Position numbers and translations under genes: made by a program. Positions 55,225 through 64,000 of a DNA stretch of 64,000 bases are shown here, in pieces. The stretch's first letter is position 1. Each line of letters opens with the position of its first letter. A model generated the notes under the pieces. The model was not told where the DNA came from and did no database searches. It saw nothing but the letters and a program-made list of their open reading frames with translations. The stretch comes from Ruditapes philippinarum (Eukaryota): positions 1 to 64,000 of the forward strand of contig NW_026853246.1 of NCBI RefSeq assembly GCF_026571515.1, written 5' to 3'.

Positions 55225-55867
55225 ATATGTTATTTTGGTTTTGGAGTGATATATGTGGATATTTTACCTGTCAAGATTTTATATCACCCGGGCCGTTAGG
55301 CGAGGGTGATATTTTATCTTGGCAGGTAATATATCCACATAATTATATCACTCCAAAACCAAAATAATAATTTTATTACCTTCCCCTGCCGAGTTAAGAC
55401 GATTTTAATATAAATCATTGCTACTTCAAATGAAACGTCGAAATAAGATTCCCTTTAGGGTACCCCTTCACCACAACATGACGTCACATAAATACATGAC
55501 ATATTTTCTTTCGAACCTAACGAATGTAAACAAGAGAAAAGAAAAAGTCTGTTCAACGCACTTTTTTTGAATTAATATCAAGCTTTCACAAGGTCATATT
55601 TGTTTTCAATACTGATGAGAATATGTATCATTACTCTTTTTTGGTAAATATTTATCATTTGACAGTTAAAAAGTGCTTGTAAATCGGAATTTACATCGCG
55701 TAAAATCAAACCGTACGCGCATCGCCACAGCGCATGTTGTTTACAACGTTGGGTACCAAACAGGAAAATTAAGTGTGTATATAGTGCGTCTGTCTCGGTA
55801 ATATCAATTTCTTTCGGGTGACCAATATCCAATCAAAGAGGAGGAAAAAATCTGGAAGGGTAATAAA
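55225..55867 (+). mobile_element. Fold-back non-autonomous element (possibly Crypton-type)
   Basis: ~140-bp hairpin TTATTTTGGTTTTGGAGTGATAT...ATATCACTCCAAAACCAAAATAA (55230-55367), plus an internal inverted pair TTTATTACCTTCC / GGAAGGGTAATAAA at the far end. Confidence 0.75.
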
Positions 55868-56664
55868 TGTTTATATTTGTCCGATAGTTTATACATTTAT
55901 ATAAATTAGATGTTAGAAATGGAATTTGAATGTTATAAACATATGGAAAAAAAGAAATAAACACACTTTTTTCAATATACGCCATGCTTAACTTTTATGT
56001 GAAATATTTTGTTTGAATTTGAATTTGCATTGAGGTGCACAATTCGTGTTTTATATATGTCACCTTATTGACCGTTCACGAATTAAGGGAGATGGTGTGT
56101 AAGTGGCCGAAAAGATCAGTAGGTAGAGCCGCAGTACGGTATTCCGAATGTATCGGTTTCGACTGCATATTTCCCTCGCCCTGTGAGTCTGTGATATATA
56201 GATGATTTACAGAGTATGTCATATTGTTTTTACTTTATAGTGCAAATTTTATTATTATTGTTGTTGTTGTTGTTGTTGTTGTCGCTGTTGATGTTATCGC
56301 CATCTTCGTTATCATCTTTATAATTATCATTATAAATTTTGAGTTATTAATCACGTGCCATAATGTCATTAAATGTCAGCAAAACAAGAAAGTGACAGAG
56401 AATATATGCTCATTACTTTCTAATATTTCATGAATATGACAAGCACGTGAAAAACAATAAGAAATAAAAGACGTCAATCTTTTGTCACAAAAATTATGCA
56501 CTGTGTTTCATTATCATAAAATAATGTATTTTAATAATATTAATTTGATTTGAGATCAATGACTTGTTATTATTTTATGTTTTTCAATTGCAATGAGTGT
56601 TAGTCTTGAAACTGTTAAGAATTGTCAAAACATATGAAATGAGTTGAGTACATGACATATACCG

Positions 56665-56695
56665 TCTCTCTCTCTCTCTCTCCCCCCTCTCTCTC

Positions 56696-56746
<51 letters not shown>
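56665..56746. repeat. (CT)n microsatellite
   Basis: Direct reading; a (GTT)n tract also lies at ~56258-56290. Confidence 0.95.
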
Positions 56747-56747
<1 letters not shown>

Positions 56748-57892
56748 GCAATTTTATTTGTATAGCAAGTTTATATATATTTGTTAATATTTACTAAATA
56801 ATTATTTACTATATCAACCTTCCAGGTATTTAATACATAACATTTTTTTTGTTGCTGTTTTTTTGTTATTAATTTTAAGAGTATAACTGAACTGTCAAAA
56901 TGATGAACAAGATGTTGTGATTCTTCCTTAAATACATACAATGTTACAAGTTTTAACATGAATGCACGCGTATAAACAATGTAATTTTGACAGGACTTTT
57001 CAGTCATAGTTGATTGACTGTCTGTTCTCATGATTAATTACCAAATACAACGCTTGAAGTTGATGTGAATGGACCTAGTCTTGAATAATTTCTTTGCAGC
57101 TTTTATTCGTCACAAGCGTAGCATAAAAGTCATACTTTAAAAAGGTTGCCGTTTGTATATAAATTACAATGATTACTCAATAGAAGCTATCTCAAAATGG
57201 ATTGTCAAAATGAGTTGTCTTCTATATTGCGTATTGCCACCCATCAATATGTCTTTCTGTAATTTTAAACGTTTCTTTACTTACAACTTTTAAAAGGTGT
57301 AATTGAACGTTTGCTTGCAATTTGTGTTTGTTCGCATAACACTAGTTTTTATATACAATAACCATGCCTTCTGACATAAGTATGTAACTAAAACATCCTC
57401 CAACTAACAATAGACTTAACCGAATATAATTTCAAACAAGTACTGGTATTAGCATTTCCACATATTCTAGATGTCGCTGTTCAAAAAACCTGTTATTCGA
57501 CACACATTTTGTCGCGAAATAGACTCTTTGCTTATGTTTATTCTTTCAAGAAAAGATTTCCGTAAATTCTTTACTCAGCAGGAGGCCACACACAGATTTC
57601 GAGCTTTATACGTGAACATTGTATTTCAATTCAATCTAAAGCTAATCCGACAAAAATATTGCGACTGGCGTACTACGTTGCGCCAATGTTTTAGGCCATT
57701 CGTCGTCCATATTGTGATCAGATGGTATTCAATTCTTGATTCTGATTTGCTTGAAACAGGCGGTGTACAGATGAAATTGGTCAAATCTTCATAATTAAAT
57801 TGCTTTATTCGCATTGCGATAAACTTTATCAGACAACCTATAATACTTTTCAAAATATAATGAATTATGTAATACTTTTACATACTACACAT

Positions 57893-58062
57893 GACATGGT
57901 CGAGTGTGGTTAACGCTTCCGACTAGTAATATAAGAAAGAGGACTTTCTTTCCGTGAGCAAGAAACTTTACACTCATTGCTTAGTCCTGGTTGATTCCAG
58001 GAACGGATTTGAGAGTGTTTCAATAAGCTTATGGCTTAAAACACAATCGAACTTAAATAAAT
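57893..58062 (+). mobile_element. tRNA-derived SINE; a 3' fragment copy lies at ~62706-62790
   Basis: A-box-like TGGTCGAGTGTGGTTAA, core GAGCAAGAAACTTTAC..CATTGCTTAGTCCTGGTTG.TTCCAGGAACGGATT and tail AAATAAAT; the tail is shared with 62706-62790. Confidence 0.65.
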
Positions 58063-58643
58063 TCTTAACATGGACCAAAAAGCCCCTCTGGAACAGGGTT
58101 AAGGATGCGAAACTCTTTTACTCAAAACCAGTTACTGAGAAATTATAATTCATTCTTTGCTTTATATTTATTTGTGTTAAAATTAAAAGGGGTAAACACT
58201 TAAAAAAATACTATGTTTCATGTTCATAGTGCTCTAAAGTGTTTTAAAAACGTTTCTTTGAAATAAGTAAGGGTATTGTTAAGTAAGTAAACGATAAATT
58301 CAAATTTTTAACGTTTTATTCCTTTCTTTATTATTTAGTACTATAAGATGTCGCACCTTTTCTTTCTTTATGTGGACACCAATTATAATAATATTATTGA
58401 ACATCATAAAATGCTTATAAGAATAGCGAAACAATGAAATAACATATAACTCCTACAATTTATTTCTTTATTAACATCTTTATTGTTCTCTAAAAATAAC
58501 AATAAGTATCAAATCTTGAAAAACAATGTTAATACATTTTGAGTAATTCATGGTGCATGAACCATTGCATGAATTTTATAAACCCTTTACAACATGGGTT
58601 CAATTGGATATGGGTTGTTTGTCCGATTGTCGTTTTTTCAGGC

Positions 58644-61600
58644 TTAATAACCTTTTGTAGCAGTTTTCTCCTTTGTAGGGGCTGGTCCCTTGTAAGATGG
58701 AGGAACAACCTTTGCATTTGGAACATATTTTGGTTGATATGAAGGAGCCGGAGGAGCTACTGTAGGAAATGGAGTAACATAATTTTTACCCTGAGGTGAA
58801 GCTGTTTCAGAGGGTATGTCAAGGCCAAATAGCTTGTAGATAAGCTCTGCTTTGAAAAGGGCATCATCATACGCAGGGGCCTTTGTCGGTAACGATCCGT
58901 ATGTTGATTTGCTAGAGTCTAATTTCTTGTACGTTGTCTTTGCCTTTGTTTGGATTGGCTTATAAGATTCTTTTTTAAACTTTGGTGCTAGATTGTAAGT
59001 GTTTTTCGTTGCTGTATTTGATTGGTATTTTATAGTTTTCACTGAATCTTTGTACTGTACTGCTTTGCTTCCTGTTTTGTCATAAGTGGTTGTTTTAACA
59101 CCAGGTTCCTTGTTTGTCGACTTAACACTTTTGACGTAACTAATCGGCGATTCAGAGTAGGCGATTTTATTATTATTATTATTCATATTATTATTATCGA
59201 GTGCACTATTTGGACCAATCTTGTAAGATGATTTCACTACTGGAGCATAATTAACTGGTGTGTCTTTATTTGTTACAATCTTAGTTTGAGTACTGTCATA
59301 TGACTTTGATTTTATTACTGGGGCATAATTGATTGGCGAGTTTTTATTTACTGGTGCCATATTATCAGCTGCAGCATTTGTTCCGGTTGACGGATATGTC
59401 GATTTCACTGCAGGAACATAATTGATCGGCGTTTCTTTATTTATTTGCGTTTTGTATCCAGGTTTTGTGTCTGTTGATTTATAAGAAGACTTCGTTGCGG
59501 AAGAATAACTGACTGGAGAATCATTAATTGCAAGATTTTTGTCATTAGTCAAAGTCTTTGTTACCGTTTGTGTGTACGTTGATTTCGCTGCAGGGACATA
59601 CTTGACTGGTGCACCATTATTTCCTGACGTTTTATAATCTTTTGTATTTTTGGTATCAGCAGACTTGTACGTGGATTTCACTGCCGTGGCATAGTTGACT
59701 GGCGAATCTTTAACTGACGGGTTTTTGTCATTAGCTTTACTCTTTGTGTCCAAAGGTGTGTAAGATGATTTCGCCGCAGGAACATATTTAATTGGTGAGC
59801 CAGTTTTTCCCGACTTTTTATAGTCTGTTGAATTCTTAGCGTCAGCTGACTGGTATGTCGATTTCACAACTGGAGCATAGTTGACCGGCGAATCTTTAAC
59901 TGCTGAATTTTGATTACTAGTTGAACTTTTTATACTGTATGTCGATTTCACTGTAGAGACATGTTTAGTTTTTGAGCCATAATTTCCTATTGGACTTTTA
60001 GTGTCAATTGACTTGTATGTCGATTTAATGACTGGAGCATAATTGACGGGTGAATCTTTAATTGTAGGTTCTTTACTATTTGTTGAACTTTTTGTCTCAT
60101 TTAACGGGTATGATGGCTTAATTGCAGGGTTATACTTGACTGATGGGTACTTTGCTGAACTCTTGGTGTCGATTGACTGGTATTTCGACTTAACTGCTGG
60201 TGCATATTTCACTGGCGAATCTTTGACTGCAGGTGGTTCGTAATTAGTTGAACTCTTTGTGTCTGTTGATGCTTGTGTCTGTTTAATTGCGGGAGCATAC
60301 TTGATTGGCGACTCTTTATTTCCTGAACTTTTATAGTTAGATGAAGTCTTAGTGTCAGTTGACTGGTATGTCGGTTTTAATTCTGGAGCATAATTGACTG
60401 GGGAATCCTTGATTGCAGGCTTTTCATAATTATTAGAACTTTTTGTGTCAGCTGACTTGTATGTCGGTTTTGCTTGAGATGCATATTTTGTTGGTGAGCC
60501 GTTATTCCCTGCTGTTTTCTTGATTGATGTTGTCTTTGTTTCCTTTGAGGGTGCTTCATATTTAATCGGCGAATCTTTATTAACTGTTGCTTTATCATTT
60601 GCACCCTTTGTGTCAGTTGCCTTGTACATCATTTTCTCTACAGGAAGATAATTGATTGGCGAGTCGTTCTTCGCTTGTACTTTCTTACCAGATTCAGCAT
60701 TTACTGGGAGATATTTGATGGGCGATTCTTTACTTACAGCTGTTTTGTCATATGCAGGTTTCGTCTCAACAGACTTATACGTTGTTTTTATGATTGGGTT
60801 TGTTTTGCCATTTTCTTTGCTATATTGTTTTGCTGATCTATAGCTTAATTTATTGATGGTATTAGTATTTATACCTGGGTTATTATTACCTGGGATATAT
60901 TTCGTAGGTTCTTTGACGTTCTGTTTCGTTGTTGATGAGCTCTTATATGTTGGCTTATCATACGTGGGTTGTTTGTGTGTTGGTTTACTTGTAACCGGGG
61001 TCATGTAGTCAGATGCTTTACCTGAGTAAGATGTTGACAAATGCTTATTGATATATGATAGTGGTACACATCCTACATTAAATACTGTAACACCAGGAGG
61101 ATGGTCCGAAATCCATACCACATCTGCATGACATTCATACTCCTGTAACAAGAAAAGACACCGCTTGTTTATAAACTTATCGAGCTGGTTCGTTATATCA
61201 TTTCGTTACTTCTGTTTACAGATTACCATAAACTAAATAGATTACCATAAACATTTAGTTAATTTTTTTGTGTAAGACACATTCTTTAGAATAATCCTTT
61301 GGAACTGGAAATAATATTAGTAAATTGCTATTTATAAAGATCCGAGCTAGCTATTACATATTACATAGCTAATGAAAGGAAGTGGTGGTCAAGTGGTTAA
61401 GTTGTCTGCATCTCTCAATCAAGGACTTGTTTGTTCGAGTCATTCTGAGTCAAATATTATATTTGAAGTTATTGTCATTTATATGGCTAAATTTACAGTT
61501 TTATCACTGTATATATACCAACCCCGTAGATGTTTTATCCATTTTGTAATTTTTATTTAGTGTCTCAGCCTGGAATAAACCTTGTAATTTGAAAATTTGA

Positions 61601-63583
61601 CTAGGTATTTTTTATAATAAAATAAATTAAACTCTTAATGTGACATCAGCAAATATTGGACACATGCTGCTGTAAATGATCGACACAATCTTTTTGAGAA
61701 TAAACAGAAGTAAGAAAAGGAATGACATTTCATTAAAAAAATATTTTCTATTTTATCATTTTGAAATTTTCCGGAGAGAAAATTATCTGACCATCTTTTA
61801 CATATGTTGCCTTTCGGCAATACAAGTACAGTTTAGTAATTTGGTATTTTTGTATGGAAATTAAAAATACTACTTTGTTTACAATTTTCTACTTTTTGTG
61901 AAAATCAATGCACATTCAGCGTTACTTTATTACAAGTGAAAAGCACGTTACATTGTTCTAAAACCACTTTGTAAAGGTTATAAAACTATTGCCTTTCTAA
62001 AGATAAAAACAATGTTTCTGAGGCGTAATGTGCCTTTTAACTTTACCTCTTTTTTCATGAATATTCCTAGGAATGACAACCTGTATAAATCCCATGACGG
62101 AACATTCTGAAATAAAAAAGGAATAAAATGAACATTTTTGCAACATAACATTATAATAATTGTGGTTTTTACTTTTTTTCTCTGGAAGTCTTTTATTTCT
62201 TATGTTTCTATTGTTTTATAATATCGACAATTACAAGTGGGTACAACGTTTTGGTTAGCTTTAATTTACGATTGATCGGTTTGATATTATAATAGTACAT
62301 GTATTATACTGCATTATTTACCTTAAAATGAACATCATAATTAATATCATATAAATAAAATAACGTCACTTTCATACAATCGCTGTTTTGTTATTGTTAA
62401 AATTTCGACCATAAATGAAAATGATATATTCATACCTTAAGTTGCCTCCTTGGAGGGCCTCTTTATAAAGATTGCATTGTATATTTATTAAAAGTGAGAG
62501 TTATTTTCGTATTATTAGAGCATACTTTATTCAAACCTTACTCTGCGTAATACCTTAAAATTTTCAGTTTTAAATGTAGACAACAACTTTGAACTCTTTG
62601 AGGGAAATTTTCATAATCGATTCCAATTTTTGACGGTCCTATCGTGTTAAACATATGTAGGCTTTGTAATGCAGTAATCAAGTTCAACAATTTAAGTTTG
62701 GACAAAGCATAGTACTGGTTGGTTCCAGGAATGGATTCGAAAGTGTGTCTATAAGCTTATAGCTTCCTACACAAACTAAAATAAATTCTGTATAAACCAA
62801 AACCAACCAAGCGAAACTTGTATGATAAAATAAGATTTATATTTCATTTGAAAATGTTTTATTGTATCATACTTTGACAGTGACATTGCAGTCACTTTAC
62901 ACCATTGAAATGAAACAAATTGAGATAAAGCCGTTTTCCAAATATATGAACTAATCTTCGTTTATTTTTATTGCATTAATGACTTAATTATAATTAATTT
63001 CTGTAGCCTTTTCTATCCTTTTTTACTAAGGTATCATCTATTTTTAAGAGTGTTTTTAACTGTGATACATATCAGAGTATTAATAACAATGTTTTATGAT
63101 CTTTTTAAATAAGTTACATCTCAAAGTATAAATAGTCATGATTTGAATTTTATATAATTAGAATGCTAATATGTTTTGGATATTGGAAATTTCCATTTCA
63201 AAGTTAATAAGGTTATAAGAGTAAGTAATTGAATGCTGATAATTTTGATTTTGAATCGTACTGTCATTTTATCGCGCTCAAGAGATTACAACAGGTTCAA
63301 ATACTTACCTTATTAAAACGATCCATTGTATCACTTATCTAAATCAATATAAATGTTATTTAACTTTTTATTGTAGTCCACTTACTTCAATCCATTTAAA
63401 GGCAGTAATTGGTTTTATTAGTTTCCCTCCAATATGTTTAGCAGCTACTGACATTGAATCCGATACATTTTTGTCTGTTAGTGAAACTGGCTTCCACCCG
63501 GTCAAATCAAAAGGAACATGAACGCACACGGAACATGTAACCAAAATACTAAATACCAGTACTCGTTTAACAGACAGTAGCAT
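58644..63583 (-). CDS. G9: secreted 918-aa protein with an N-terminal cystatin-fold-like domain and a ~800-aa K/T/S/P/Y-rich repetitive tail; 3 exons (63583-63386, 62106-62047, 61142-58644)
   Basis: MLLSVKRVLVFSILVTCSVCVHVPFDLTGWKPVSLTDKNVSDSMSVAAKHIGGKLIKPITAFKWIE|GTAAGT ... TTTCAG|NVPSWDLYRLSFLGIFMKKE|GTAAAG ... TTACAG|EYECHADVVWISDHPPGVTVFNVGCVP... The 2499-nt terminal exon is open to TAA at 58646-58644. Several AATAAA signals lie on the minus strand at ~58484-58459. The N-terminal domain is closest to G8. Confidence 0.92.
59130..60740 (-). repeat. Coding tandem repeat: ~18-19 units of ~31 aa (93 nt), consensus SP(V/I)(N/K)YAPAVKSTYxSxDTKSSxNYxxxxxK(D/E)
   Basis: [S/T/A]P-[VI]-[NKS]-Y anchors recur at mostly 31-aa spacing in the translated ORF. 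Confidence 0.9.
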
Positions 63584-64000
63584 TGTCAAATCTCTTTAAA
63601 ATTCAACAAAGTCAAATGTCTGTTAATGTTGGATAAGCCAGCTACGGCAACTTAGCGAGCACTAAATGGATTTTGCATACGTACAATTAATAAACCTGAA
63701 AGACATATCATAAATTTAAATAATTAATATTTGTTAATTGCATGACAACTTGTCTTAATCATTAGGGAAATGGTGCACCTCGTATTGCAAATGTGATTGT
63801 TTTTTTAATATACAAAGAATTGAAAACACCCATTGTGGATTGATACATATCATGAACTCAAATGCTACCGCAAGCATAAGTCGTGTACACTTCGCCATGC
63901 ATTACACCTTAGACGAATATATTATTTAACACATAAACCTATCCCTTCAAAAACAAATATGAATAATTTGAGAAGAAAAAAATCCTGTAACCAAAGGTTG

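Noticed and set aside
745-57853. Most 60-100-aa ORFs in the track, rich in F/I/L/K/Y/N
   Set aside because: They have the composition of random AT-rich DNA, often with non-ATG starts and without splice or paralog support. Only those overlapping the exons listed above are retained.
58529-60843. Overlapping and antisense short ORFs (58529-58726, 58539-58742, 60043-60243, 60377-60604, 60652-60843)
   Set aside because: These are shadows of the G9 coding exon in other frames or on the other strand.
58644-61142. Naming G9 a true mussel foot protein-1 (mfp-1) ortholog
   Set aside because: The repeat is ~31 aa rather than the tandem decapeptide, only isolated KPxY motifs match, and mfp-1 has no such N-terminal domain; the similarity is compositional.
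58644-61151. The 835-aa ORF as a stand-alone intronless gene starting MLQEYEC
   Set aside because: The start is a non-ATG codon in the intron's acceptor region (TTGTTACAG|GAG); the real N-terminus comes from the upstream exons at 63583 and 62106.
494-63583. Assigning a canonical cystatin gene symbol or protease-inhibitor function
   Set aside because: QxVxG and PW are absent from all copies; only the fold and gene structure are suggested, and no search could be run.

Overview
AT-rich, intron-containing eukaryotic (animal) DNA. Its repeat landscape (tRNA-derived SINEs, HINE/Pearl-like elements, palindromic MITEs) looks like that of a bivalve mollusc, probably a clam; this is inference from recalled repeat families. 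The window is a head-to-tail, minus-strand tandem array of one family of small secreted proteins, which the ORF track shows only as fragments. By hand-splicing at canonical GT-AG sites I recover seven complete 3-exon genes (G1, G2, G3, G6, G7, G8, G9). I also find one gene with a tentative last exon (G4), one nonsense-mutated copy (G5), two decayed exon-1/promoter relics and one orphan last exon. All share one architecture: exon 1 of 61-69 codons (signal peptide, W, helix, strand), exon 2 of 20-21 codons, exon 3 with a Cys-x(17-20)-Cys pair, and two phase-0 introns. Topology, intron placement and Cys spacing match type-2 cystatins. However, the QxVxG and PW inhibitory motifs are replaced by loops that vary strongly between paralogs. 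G9 fuses this domain to a ~800-aa Lys/Thr/Ser/Pro/Tyr-rich tail of ~31-aa repeats containing mussel-foot-protein-like KPxY motifs, including an exact AKPTYK. The rest of the window is introns and intergenic DNA with MITEs, SINEs, a decayed LINE and local duplications. The cystatin-fold and adhesive-protein assignments are inferences and need HMM/structure and expression checks.
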